The notes under the pieces are model-generated. The model did not search any database and was not told the DNA's origin. It saw only the letters and a list, made by a program, of their open reading frames with translations. Positions 25,089-36,926 of a DNA stretch of 64,000 nt are shown here, one piece after another. Origin of the DNA: Lytechinus pictus. Its lineage: Eukaryota. The translations under genes were made by a program, and so were the position numbers. Each line of letters opens with the position of its first letter. The stretch's first letter is position 1. The DNA lies in NCBI RefSeq assembly GCF_037042905.1, contig NC_087254.1, positions 2,666,001 to 2,730,000 of the forward strand, read 5' to 3'.

Positions 25089-27150
25089 CACAGTGGGCCA
25101 GAATGAACCCAAAGTGCGCCAAAACCCATTATTCACACATTTGTACGATTAAATTTGGTAGATAGGGGTAATTTCACCCGTAGAATTCAATAAAAGTATT
25201 TTCAAATATTGATGACGTCGTTAAAATACTGTTTTCTGATTGGCTGTTAACATTTGAGAAGAAATTACATGTTTCTAATTGTACAATAAGTTTCAAATTT
25301 TCAGAAACTAGTTTTAGAGAAATTTCAGCAATAATTAAGCATATTAGCAAACAGCAAACACACAAACAGGCAAACAAACAAGATGGGTCTGTGCTCGGGG
25401 TACAATAATTCAATTGGTGACTTGAGTATCGCTTAAAGAGGGCGCCCTACCATGAATCCGGAATTGTAAAATTCAGAGTGAAATTGTAAAAAAAGTATTT
25501 TCATTCCCTGGGTACAATGATTAACCACACCTACATGAATTAAAATGGATTGATACCAGAAGTGGACAGTGAAATCTTTAAAATAATGATTCCAGTGATA
25601 AATAATATAGGCCGGGTCCTCTGCAGGTTAATCAGTACAAGGCCCTACAAGGCCTATCTATTTCACCAAGAACGGCGTATACAAAGTTATTCCGAATCAG
25701 AGTCTCTCTCTCTTCTATCTCACCAACTATTATGTCTTTGGTGAGAGGATCTATTAGCATACTTTGAACATCAGGGGGAAGAGGCTGTGATTGTTGTACT
25801 CTTAAAAACTTGCTTCTAATCACAATGTCACCTGTTACCATTAGTCTGTGGAATACATATAAAGTCAATGAGAGTCATAAACCAAACAATCCTTGAAATG
25901 ATAATATACACTTCCTTCTTGATCGATAGTAACAATTATAGCAAATTTAGAATGAGCCAATAGATAAACGAATTCATACGTGTATGTGAAGTTACAAACC
26001 CTTTTGGGGGGATAAATACTAATAATAATAATGATTGCGAGACAAATGAATACCCTCTAGCGATTATTTCATTCCGCAATAATGAACCTATTTAGTATTA
26101 ATGATAATGCAACCTATACATGTAATAGAGCCCACGTATATCCCATCTCTGTCCTATACACATTTTCATATTTTGTCAGAAAACTGCGTGAGACCTATCA
26201 CATCCCTAGTCATGTGTGTTATATTGATATACAGTAGTCCCTAACTTGGTTTATGAACAAAACTAATATAATCTTACCCGGGAATCTTACCTTAAGAATT
26301 AATCTTCTCAGGATGTCAGATATATGGAACAACGGGATGGAACAGTTTGGCATCAAAATGAAGTTGTGTTACATGTATTATTATATAGTTAGTGGAATTG
26401 GAAATGAAAGCTTGCCTTTACGTATGTTTAACGAAAATATTTTAAAGGCAGACACCAGTCACAAGAGCCAGACACTTGAGCCAGACACCCCCCCTCTCTC
26501 TCTCTCTCTCTCTCCCAGCACGCGACGGGGAGTTTGTTTAATGTCACCCGCAACGTTCGGCACGCGCATAATGGGACACTAACTTGGAACGATTTTTGTG
26601 ATAAATACGGCGAACATGTGGTTGGAAAATTGGTTATATCTCCAGAAAATGCACGTATATGCAGCTAAATTTGGTATCAGTGTAAAGCATGAACTATAAC
26701 AAAGACCGTCATGGTATTTACAGCGCAGCAATCGGCAGCAATTTGTAAAAGAAATGCTCATGAAAAAAAAAAATGCTAAAACCCCCCATTGTCAAATGGT
26801 TTCGTCCAAAATTGCCTCTGATGGGATCATTATTTTATCTTGAAAATCTCTGATCACTTAAAGCAATCATTCATCAATGAGCACCGTGAATAAGAAATAA
26901 ATTAAGCAATCCGTTTTGTTAAAGCAGTGAAATATCTAAAACGTGTCATTTACACATGCGGTAGCCGTAAAGAGTCATTTTCCGGTAATATTGAATAAAA
27001 ATGAGCAACTAATAATCAATTTAATGGAGAAATATTGTATGGAGGCATTCTACAGGTTCTTATCTTTGCTTAGAACATGAAAAAAACAAAATTTGTTTCA
27101 TGACCAAAAACCAGTTTTGGCGCACTTTTGCTCTCTCCTGGCCCACTGTG
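25089..27150. mobile_element. Non-autonomous Transib (RAG-related superfamily) DNA transposon
   Basis: Bipartite 37-bp TIRs starting CACAGTGGGCCAG; perfect 5-bp GC-rich TSD CGTCG on both sides. Confidence 0.85.
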
Positions 27151-27944
27151 CGTCGGTCAGAACGTGCTAGTTCGGCTCGTCATTCCCGTTCCCGATCACC
27201 AAGACGGAGGTCCAGGACAACACAAAAGGACATGCCTAAATCATCTGTTCCAGACTGTCCAAAGTCTCCTGAACCTGACCGATCAGAAGTATCTCCACGA
27301 CATGGTCGGAATTCTACCCCTGAACCAGAGGAGGAGCTGGACTATGATCAGAGGTCGCCTTCACCCCTTGATTTGAGATACACTTCTGGGAAAGTGGTGT
27401 CGGAGATGCCGTCTACCAGTGACTGGATAGAATGCACTGGTAGGGATGCTGAGACGCAGACTGACAACCCCCGCCAGAGAATTCAGGCAATCTTACAAGA
27501 AATAAGAACCGGCGGATCAGAAGAGAAGGTGACCCTGAACAAGTCAACCGACACATTCCAGATTCCACCAGATGTCACCTAGCTTTGTTCGTACCACGGA
27601 GCGTTACATCACTAAGGAAGGAGAACTGTTAGAAGTAGTGACGGAGGAACTCAAGAAGAAAGAGTCGTCTTGAACAGTATCTCTCGTGTTCTTTAGAGTT
27701 ATGTTGTTAATACAATGACACTATAAGAAGGCATGTCACCATGTACCTTGGACATTATTTTTCATGCCGCATTGCTTAGGAGTTATCTTTGGACTAAAGC
27801 TATTGTGTTTTGTTGAACCTGAACATTGTTTTTTAGGACTCTATGGATAGTTTGATACACATGGATACGTTTTGTTAACGTGCTACAGTTTTTGATGTTG
27901 TTAAATGACGCTCGGGGGCCGAGCTTTGAAAAATAAGGGATTTG

Positions 27945-29244
27945 TGTCACGAAATGGGTTTTATTTCGTGTGTAGAAAATTATTTTTGGTTGATTAATAA
28001 TTGTCGTAGCTGGCGATATTATATGCATGTTTCTACACTAATAATGACGTAGATAACAACATGAAAGTTATGCATGTTTTGAACGGTTTTTGTGGAATAA
28101 CAATTTCCTGAAGATGTTTCACTGGTTCATTTGGTTATCACTAGCTTGATCTAAATAAATGCTTTAATTTGATATGTCATTCATGCATATCCGATTTCGG
28201 AGAGCAAAGTAATAGCTGTTCTAAGATTGTAACAGAGGTTAACTGTAACAGATATTGTATAGTTAATGCAAAAGTACGTTAAGTTTGTAAACTCGTGAGG
28301 TTTTGCCGATAATCTGTTAAAATACGGCGCCCACGGGGTGCATTGCACGTGAAGTATGCAGATTGATTTGGATTCGCTATCCAATAAATAAAGTTGGTGG
28401 ATGCGATCGAAATGATTTATATGATCGTTCGCATGTCTTTCCACGGGGAAACCGAGGATGGATTTTCTAGTCCTAGGCGACGACTGTGGTTAGATTTCCT
28501 TGTGTGTTGGGTCTTTTGCACGCCAGCAAGAGACTATACCAGGGCTTGCTCTTTTGGTAGTCTGGTTGGTCTGGAGGCGGACGGTTCGGAGTCTGGAGTA
28601 GACGGCTGGTGGTCCGGAGCAGACGGGTTGGTCTAGTCTCTGAAGCGGATGGTTGCTGGTCTGAATCAGACGGTCGGAGGTCTGGAGCAGACAACAGGAA
28701 AACTACAAGTATAGCAGAGCCAATGGGTGTGGTCGTGAGAGAGAGCCTGACTGCAGAAGGACCCATACATATGGTCGAAGAACCAGACGTAGTTTCCGGT
28801 ACTGAACAGACGTGGTTGCAGTGCTGAACAGACGGTGTTGCAGTACGGTATCAGACGTGGTTTACGGTACTGAACAGACGTGGTTGCAATACGGAATCAG
28901 ACGTGGTTGCAGTACGGAGCAGACGTGGTCGCTGCTTAAGAGCTTAACTACAGGAATCAGATGCATATGGTCGAGAGAGCTTAACTACACAAGCTAGATG
29001 CATATGGTCGGGTGAGCTGTTGGAGCTGACAACAAAGAGTGTAGCCGTCTGGAGGTTGCCTGGTGGTGGTACTGACAGGATCGAGGCGTGTGCAAGTGTC
29101 AACTGCGGCAGTATATCTCTGCCAAACGGATCCGCGACTAAAAGTTTGGAAATCGACGTGGCAAAGACACCCACCGGCGGCAGGCATCCTGACAAGAGCG
29201 AGCTGCCGGCGGACCACCCAACAACCCCGCCCAGCGATTCCGTC

Positions 29245-29247
<3 letters not shown>
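27945..29247 (+). repeat. 3' LTR of Gypsy B with internal short tandem repeats
   Basis: TG...CA ends, preceded by a purine-rich tract and followed by (TA)n. Confidence 0.7.
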
Positions 29248-29319
<72 letters not shown>

Positions 29320-29396
29320 GTGTGAAGTTATACATGTACTACAGCTTTGGCAACTCTTTTATATTTAAATATTGTGTGAAAGAAATGGATGAAGAG

Positions 29397-29480
<84 letters not shown>
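29248..29480. repeat. (TA)n microsatellites
   Basis: Two long TA runs. Confidence 0.97.
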
Positions 29481-30201
29481 TGTATATATCTCATTTGGAA
29501 TCATTAATATATTATACAATTTTTACTTTAACGTGACTCGCGTAGAATTATAAGGAACAATGACATCTGATAAATTGTAATGTAATTGTATACTTTAATG
29601 ATCAATGAAAATGAAATTTTACATTCAATCGATATCAATTGTCTTAATTTCTTTTTTCTCACAGTCAGTCTATACCATTTGTTTAATTACTATAAATCTC
29701 GTGTACAATGTCACTAAATAATATAGAACCAGATTAAGTTTATATCGTCAATTATTTAGCGAATCAATACCGTCCAAGTTTATTCATAACGGCATGTATA
29801 AATTTACATCATCATGGGTGGATATTTCCTTCCTTGTACAATTTGTTCGTACCACTATACAATCTATTTCTATATTAAATGTTCAAAAGACAAATCGAGA
29901 ATTATAATATATACACGTTATTAAGATTTAAACTGATCGGTGCTTCCACTTCAAAAATAATATCAGGAAATCTTGCATTGTCCGAATTTCGAAAAATAAC
30001 ATTTAGTAATTGGTAGAATGAAATGAGAGAAATAATTAGTGACCATATACCTCAAGATTAAAAAAAGGTACCACTTTGATCATATAAAGTTTTTCATTTA
30101 TATACTAAATTATACAAACGATAATAAAGAGTGATGAAAACAACTCATAGAAATCTCAAATAAGTCAAATATATACAGAGTTATACATTCTTATACAAAT
30201 T

Positions 30202-31020
30202 TCAGGGTGACTGAAACCATTACATTCCCTTAAGAATGCATTATTTTTTCGATATAGGATCGATTTTTCTTCTCCTTTTTCCACTTTCAGGTTTAGAAAT
30301 ATTTGCAAATAAATCAACCCGTTTGGTTACCTTTTCTGTTAAATCTAAAAACTCTTGTTGCTGTTCTTTGTTCTCTATCCCATCTCGTCGTTTCCAGCGT
30401 TGTAGATCACTTCTTTTCAATTCTTTTCAATTCTTCTTTTTTGATTCGTACAAAAAGTTTCGGGAATATTCATTTAAGCGGGAAGACACATACAATGCTC
30501 GTTACCCCCGGGGCACACAGCCTTTCCGTTCACGAAAAATGTCATACATTAAATCACAGAGATTGCTCCCGCGGATAGGTCTGCCGTCGATAACGACTTG
30601 TCCTGTCGAAGTCCATCCAAAACTTTGATTCATCTTTAATTTCTCAATAAGTTGATGAGCACGATTATTTTTTGCGATTTTTTTTTTTGATGTGTTGTTC
30701 CACAGGATATCCGACACCTCAATTTCCTTCACTGGTGGAATGGACTTTTTGTGTCCGCTACCGTGAGCCTGATGGGATTGACTTCATGATTTCGATGGGA
30801 ACGAGTTTCTTTGCATTCTCCGTTGCCTTTAGGAATGTTTGCAAATATTGTGAATAGTTTTGCCTTGTCTTGAACGTTTAAGTCCTTTCTTTCCAGAATA
30901 CTACGCATCTTCTCGTCGAGTTCATCTAGCCTGTGTTGGTTAGGTGAAGACGGGTTCGGATGAAAGGACTGTAGTATATGCTAGGGGGTATATAAGAACC
31001 ATTTTACGAGCATGTTTCTT
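30202..31020 (-). pseudogene. Conserved Maverick hypothetical protein, degenerate
   Basis: HARKMVLI...LDELDEKMRSILERKDL...GWTSTGQVVIDGRPIRGSNLCDLMYDIFRERKGCVPRG, a pattern I recognise from Mavericks. Confidence 0.7.
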
Positions 31021-31376
31021 AATGACGAGCACTTCTTACGGGAAAAGGCGTTAGTAATTGCACTCACATCGGGGACGACGATTATCAGTAGGGGTTGGAG
31101 AAATCCACCGAGTTGTTTGAGGAGCTTTTTCTCTCCTTGAGCGAGGTCCGGCGATCTGATAGCTTTCTCAGTGTCTGTTTGTCTTTTATGAGTGAACGTT
31201 TGTGAGAGGGAGAGAAAGTCTGATGTTTCTATTCACAAAATAACGATACATTCACATACTAGTATAGCATCGGCGAATCCTTTGTCGGCTGTTTGTAGCA
31301 ATGCCTTTCTCTGCTTGGGGCTGCAGTGAAGCAAGGTCTTTAGAATAACAACGTGTGTTGATCCGCGGCGGGACAT
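31020..31376 (-). pseudogene. Small basic Maverick ORF (core-protein-like, QxGGFL motif), degenerate
   Basis: MSRR...LKTLLHCSPKQRKALLQTADK....CEC...KKLLKQLGGFLQPLL; homologous to the N-terminal part of the 46960 ORF. Confidence 0.7.
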
Positions 31377-31574
31377 TTTTTGAAATAATGTCGGTCGGTT
31401 GAGAAGTGCTCCTTTATTCCTTTGGGAGGTAACTATATTGAGTTTCCCCCCGGAAATATATTTGTCCTCAAGCGGAATTCATCTGGAGTGTCAGGTTTTA
31501 GGTCGAAGAAAAGGTAGCCGTATTTATCTTTGGTAGCATCTGCGTATGCCTCTGGAAAAATCTCGTTCGCCCTG

Positions 31575-31957
31575 ATGGGTGTTTTATAAAGCTGTTCGTA
31601 AGTTAAGAGCGACTTTAAGAACGACTGGTGATCCTTTCTTGTTATACCGAGGTTTTTTACCTGACTGCTAAGAAAGAACGAATGCCTGTGAGTAAGAGAC
31701 CAGGGGACCTACGGCTTAAGGTCCTCTCCGAGGGACCTGGTAATGAGGATAAATGCCTTACCAAAGGGCACTAGCGCACCACTTGGGAATCGAACCCGGG
31801 TCACCGGAATCCGAAACCCCCGCTCTACCGACTGAGCTATCGCGCCTCCCTTGTGGTAAATGGTATATTCATTGGCGACGGTTTAGCGCTTAAGAAAGGA
31901 TCACCAGTCGTTCTTAAAGTCGCTCTTATCTTACGAACAGCTTTATGAAGCACCCAC
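31575..31957. mobile_element. PIF/Harbinger-like MITE (CTG TSD) inserted in the ATPase
   Basis: Long TIRs; 3-bp TSD; removing it restores the ATPase frame. Confidence 0.85.
31643..31849 (-). mobile_element. tRNA-derived SINE nested in the MITE
   Basis: A box TAGCTCAGTCGG, B box GGTTCGATTCC, non-tRNA tail, CTTGT TSD. Confidence 0.85.
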
Positions 31958-32444
31958 CTGGATACATTTATTTGGCTAAACAGCTGATTTGCATTTTGTC
32001 CCGACAATTATTGAACAAACAACAATAATGGGTATTAAGGGAAATTGTCCTAGATTCCTTTCCTTCATGGAATAAATTCTGACTAATATAAATTACACTG
32101 ACGTTTCTATGATGACACCCCTTCGTAAACAACGCAGCAACTTTTTTACTATCCCCCGCAGCAGCCATCAGATCATCAATGATAAAGAGTGCCGGTTTTC
32201 CGGTTTTGGTAAATTCGTAAAAGTCCGTGGGTAAATTTTCGTGAAATTCGATGTTTGGGTTAGTATTCATCATAACGGAATATTTTTTTTTGAGATTCAC
32301 CATAAAATCATATTATTTTCTCCGGTGTTTTATCAAACATTAATTGGTATATGTTTCAACAACCTCTTTATGAATAGAGTTTTACCCGAAAAGGTCGGAC
32401 CAATCACACACATGGGGAAAGGATGTCTCAATCGAGCATCCATT

Positions 32445-32524
32445 CATGGACCTATCCACGGAGGATTATCTATTGTTACTGGGGTGCTGTGACAATATAA
32501 TAATCCTCCGTGGATAGGTCCATG
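32445..32524. mobile_element. 80-bp hairpin MITE with an 8-bp TSD (P-element- or hAT-like)
   Basis: 25-bp perfect TIR CATGGACCTATCCACGGAGGATTAT; TSD CATCCATT. Confidence 0.85.
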
Positions 32525-33269
32525 CATCCATTCTATGATAATCAAGTAAACAATTACAAATAATGTTAAAACATAAAAAACCTCAACACCGATACAGTCG
32601 TAAGTGAATGCAGCGTAACTTAATTTCAGGTAATAAGAGATGTGAGTACATGCTTGTTTCATAACTGTATATTACAATACAATGCGACTTAATAAAACTT
32701 TTTACATGACAATAGCAGAACGTTAAACTACGGTCACGTTCAGTCAATGGAAGACGAACTAATAAAACTCTCTTCAAGACTAGTCCAAGTTACATACGGC
32801 CATTGTATTGCATTTGGGCCACCAGGCCGCTCCCGAAGCAGCACTAAAAGACATAAAAAAAACTTACGATAACAATTACCAAAAGAATGGTAACTAACAA
32901 ATTCATACGAAAGGGCAATGGCTATATCCCCATCGTGAGCTGGGGAAAATAGCCATTCTGAAAGTCACGAAGAGTGTCTTTTCCTTCAAAGGTAATACCG
33001 GTCCTACCATCCAGACACTAGTTCCCAACCTGGGTTCAGGGAAGGTTAGCCCGTCCATGCAGCTGGTGCAGTCCCAAGTTGCATGGACTAAATTGGGAAC
33101 GTTGGAACCAGTGTTTGGGTACATTCAAAATAAAAAAAGATATAGAATTTACTATCGGGTAAATCTTTCTTCCGTTCTTTCGATTAATTTTTCTTTTTCT
33201 TATCTTTTTCCTCTTTCTTTTGCTTCTCCATTCGTTGTTGTTCTTCTGTTGGGACATAATATGGGCTCT

Positions 33270-34500
33270 CTTTAGAAACTTTTATGTAACAATCGTGAGT
33301 TAGACCATCTACATAGGCTTTACACGTTCGACAATATATTTGTGAGCAATCGTGTCTTTCCAAACGACCGTGACAACTATCTTCATAAAAAAAACACGCT
33401 CGCATTTTGTTATATTTTTCTTGTATTATAGGCTATAGAGTCTCTGAAAACGGTAATGCTATGCAGCTGAAAACAGAGCTCAGTCAGCAAAGTCCTATTG
33501 CATTTGGAACATACGCGAGAAGAGGAGCGCTTTGTTTGATCGTTACTGTCACACTTGTCCGAATAACAATCGGGCACTTTGCGCAGCAGGCATGATGACG
33601 AGGATCATTGAATATTTCTAAATATTTGTTACAATAATTCTTGGCACATAAAAATGCAGACATGTTTGGTTTTTTATTACATTATATAATAGTGCCAGAG
33701 GATCCTGCGTATATCTAACAATGTTTTTTTTTCTACCTCTGTAAATCACAAGTCTATAAACAGGGTGGAGTACTTCCTGAAATTTGGCATACTGGGACGA
33801 ATCATCTTCTCTTACTTCAACACCCGCTAGCTCATGAAGTTTCGGGGCTTTTTTTCGTAAACCCTCTGTGGGTTTTCGATCTGTCCCCGACCATAAACAA
33901 CAGTTATCATTGCCGTTTACAAAATGTCTGGCTATCACTATCGCATTGGCAAAGCATGTATTTCCTTCTTTGGGTCAGGGTACTGTGATGATTCAGCCTT
34001 TCCGAATCGATGCCTTGGCATCAGACAGCCTGTCCATTTTTTCGGAGGTAACCACCTTCGGAGTTAACTACATGTAAAACCTGATTGTAAAACCAGGTTT
34101 CGGTATAAATTATTGATTGCTGTTTAGCACGCGCTCTAAAGGAATCAAGAATCGTGCTGATGTCAAAAATGTCTCACCATCGCATACGGAAAACCTATGG
34201 GAATATTAAGATATTTAGAAACTAGAACTCGACGGACAAAGTCCCTCTCCGAAGTACCTCTTAAGAGAAAGTTTTTCGCTGATTGAGAGAGGCTTCAACA
34301 TATCGGAGAAGATCCTGAACCAAGGAACAATTTTGTAGATCCCTACAAAGTCGTACCATCTTTCCCAAATCCCAAACCTTTTGGAAATCCTAGAATGGAC
34401 GAATTTCCACCTTAACTCGTCTGAATCTTATCTGGACAGGAAGGGATGGGACGATCCCCATTTGTTTGATTGCACGAGACATTATTTTCACAGCCATTGT
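33270..34500 (-). pseudogene. N-terminal and zinc-finger part of Maverick protein-primed DNA polymerase B, degenerate
   Basis: D.VR.VL.SKYLNIPI..P, LERVLNSN, NTCFANAIVIA...LHELAGV...KFQEVL...Y.L.I, then a Cys/His cluster CSKCNR...C..LH...HDC...YCRTC...HDCY; no exonuclease or polymerase motifs follow. Confidence 0.7.
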
Positions 34501-35688
34501 TATCTTCCACATACATGGACGTTGCATTGTCGAGATTTCCCTTTGATTTTTTTTCTTTTTCAATTTACACGCATCCCACCCATTTGGATATTTTTATCAA
34601 CCCTTTGAATATCATCCCATACTTCGTCGTCCGACGGGCGACGGAAAATAGAATTTGACATGGGGTGGAGGTGAATCTCCCGATACTACTACCGGGGCCT
34701 TCATGATTGGAAGGGGCGGGGTATCCCAACCATCGTTGGGGGTACCCTGTTCTTTTACATCCACATTTACAAGGTTAGACTTTTCCGGTTGATTTTCTAC
34801 GATCTTTGAAGAGTTGGCGGCATATTGCCTAGTTTAGTTCTACTTAGACGATTTAATTTAGTTTTTCTTCCAGTCTTCGATTTTGACTTTCCTCTACCAT
34901 CCTCTAAAACATTATTTGAATTGTAATTAATTTCCTTCCTAGCCTGTTACATATTTATAGCAACCGTTTCCATTTCATCCCATCCTTCATCGTCAGATGA
35001 AAAATAGTAATTGACACGGGATGGAGGTGAATCTCCCGATACGTTAGTACTTCCAGGACCCCCATGATGAGAAGGGGCTGGTATATTCCAAACGTGCATG
35101 GTGGTACCCTGCTCGTAAATCTCCATATTCTGAACATTTGAATTTTTAGTTTCTTAGCGATCTTTGGTGAATCGACAACATGACGCCTACGCTTAGTATG
35201 ATTGGAATTACATTTACTTTTGGCAGCTGAATTTGAACTTTTAGATTTTGAAACGCACGCAGCGGTGCATTGTCGCTTTCGACCTTGCCTGGCTTATGAT
35301 TCGAAATTACAAAATCATCATCAGAAAAGGTAGAAAAGGGAGCATGAGCTTCGGAACGAACGGGGTTGGCCCTACTTTCAACATCTCTTACTACCCTATT
35401 AGAATTCGTTACGCTACGTTCACTTACCGTCGTTGTTGGCGCCGGTGTTTCATCTTGAGATGGATGTTGTGGTAAGCCTTGGACAATTTCTCGAACCCTA
35501 TCAACTGTCCCGTCGACTACAGGTTGGATTTGGAAAAGAAAAAAGTTGAAAAGATTCGTGAGTAAATTTTCGAGATTTTCTCGAAGTTTGCTGCTGCGTT
35601 GCGAAGATGGTGTGACCATGATTGTAAACTACAGCTACAGGTTTCAATGGTTTCAGTCACCCCAGTTCCAACCAGCTCGCAAGCTGGA

Positions 35689-35728
35689 GAATGAGTGACT
35701 AGACGGATCGATTCTGAAACATTTTATA
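35689..35728 (-). promoter_or_regulatory. TATA box plus initiator-like element upstream of the Maverick A gene cassette
   Basis: TATAAAA (35728-35722) with TCATTC 34 nt downstream; identical spacing at 46877/46911 in Maverick B. Confidence 0.45.
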
Positions 35729-36926
35729 CTTTTTTCATCTCCCTCCTCACCCATCACGTTAATAGTTATTCTTTTCTACAGAAACTAAGAATGGATGCCA
35801 CTTGGATCAGGCTATTTGATCTCTAAAGGTTGTTTTCCTCTCTCCTATCCTTAATTGACAATGTATTTGATCTCTTAACGTTGTTTTCCCCCTCCTCCCC
35901 GCTCACGTTGACAATTATTCTTTTGTGCAGAAACTAAGAATGGATGCCACTTGGATCATTTTTTTTATAAATCGATTGAGAAATCTTGATGTTTGGGCTT
36001 TCTGTGCACACTACTCTGAACGCCTTTTCTGGTAGGTAAAGTGTTCTTTGCCTTTTTCAAAGTATTCTCTGACATCCACGTACACCTGCTTACGAAATGT
36101 CTTTGCGACGAGGTATTTGGGTCTGTCCTCCTTCCAGCTGATTGGACATTTTTTTCCGAACCTTCGTCACCGTCGCTTCTTTCAGTTTCCCCACTCCACT
36201 TACAGGTTTCTACCCCGTCTCTACCAAATTGACGATGGTTGGATGGTTTCATCTTTAACTCCATCTATTCTTTCTGATTTTTGTTAGGCTGCATATCCAC
36301 GTACGGTAGTTCATCGGCTACATGCAGTGGATTCTCACTATATACAACATCCGACTCGTGGCTTCCGTATCTTCTGCTCCTCCCCCTCCTTTCCTTTCCG
36401 GGGGTGACGGTATAGATGTGTCGTAGATTAGATGCTGGTATAATACCCTGCCATGGTTCCGCTTCTCCCTCGATTGCTGCAGTCCCTCGCTTGGTACGAT
36501 ACGTTGCCTTGTTCATTTTCCCCCTCGTTTTACACCTTTCCTTTTTTTTTACTCCATACCTTTCGCATCTTCTCCCATGACTTGTCGACCCCGCCTTTCG
36601 CAATATTGTCGAAATCCTATGACGTCATCTGGGGCCACTACGTCATCGGTATGACAACATGTTCATGACGTCATGACCATAACGTCATCATATCTTTGAT
36701 TTTAATTTATTCAATTCAATTCAATTCAATTCATTTATTTTCTCTTTTTCAATCTTTTTACATTTACAATGATAGCTCAATATACATATTTACAAAATAT
36801 AACATTTAAATCATTTATATAATACAGTAATACTATGAAATCGAAAGAGAACGAGACCAACTAAAAAGCAGAGCTTGTAGGGTGAAGGCCCCCTTTTATA
36901 AGTACATTATTCATAATGTACGCTAA

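Larger units (their letters stand above)
21850..29247 (+). mobile_element. Ty3/Gypsy LTR retrotransposon B: two tandem gag capsid domains, zinc knuckle, protease, deleted pol, accessory ORF and a 1.3-kb 3' LTR
   Basis: gag1 22720-23316; gag2-CCHC-LLVDTGA 23378-24945; purine tract then LTR TGTCACG (27945)...CGTCACA (29247); (TA)n on both sides. Confidence 0.85.
31414..32443 (-). pseudogene. A32/FtsK-like packaging ATPase of Maverick A, interrupted by a MITE and a SINE
   Basis: MDARLRHPF...IGPTFSGKT (Walker A), FIIDDLM (Walker B), FTKGCHHRNVSVIYISQNLF...RTISLNTHY; after the insertion, MYPG...EAYADAT...GYLFFDLKP.TP..FRLRTNIFP. Confidence 0.92.

Noticed and set aside
25550-25870. Possible transposase remnant inside the Transib element
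   Set aside because: No recognisable DDE or RAG1/Transib motifs by eye; needs a profile search
27100-27582. 160-aa ORF as a standalone gene
   Set aside because: Its start lies inside the Transib end; it is the downstream half of the interrupted Gypsy accessory frame
29020-29519. ORFs ending in poly-(IY)
   Set aside because: Read-through of (TA)n microsatellites
31770-31849. tRNA-like sequence with A and B boxes
   Set aside because: It continues into a non-tRNA body and tail with a TSD inside a MITE, so it is a SINE head, not a tRNA gene
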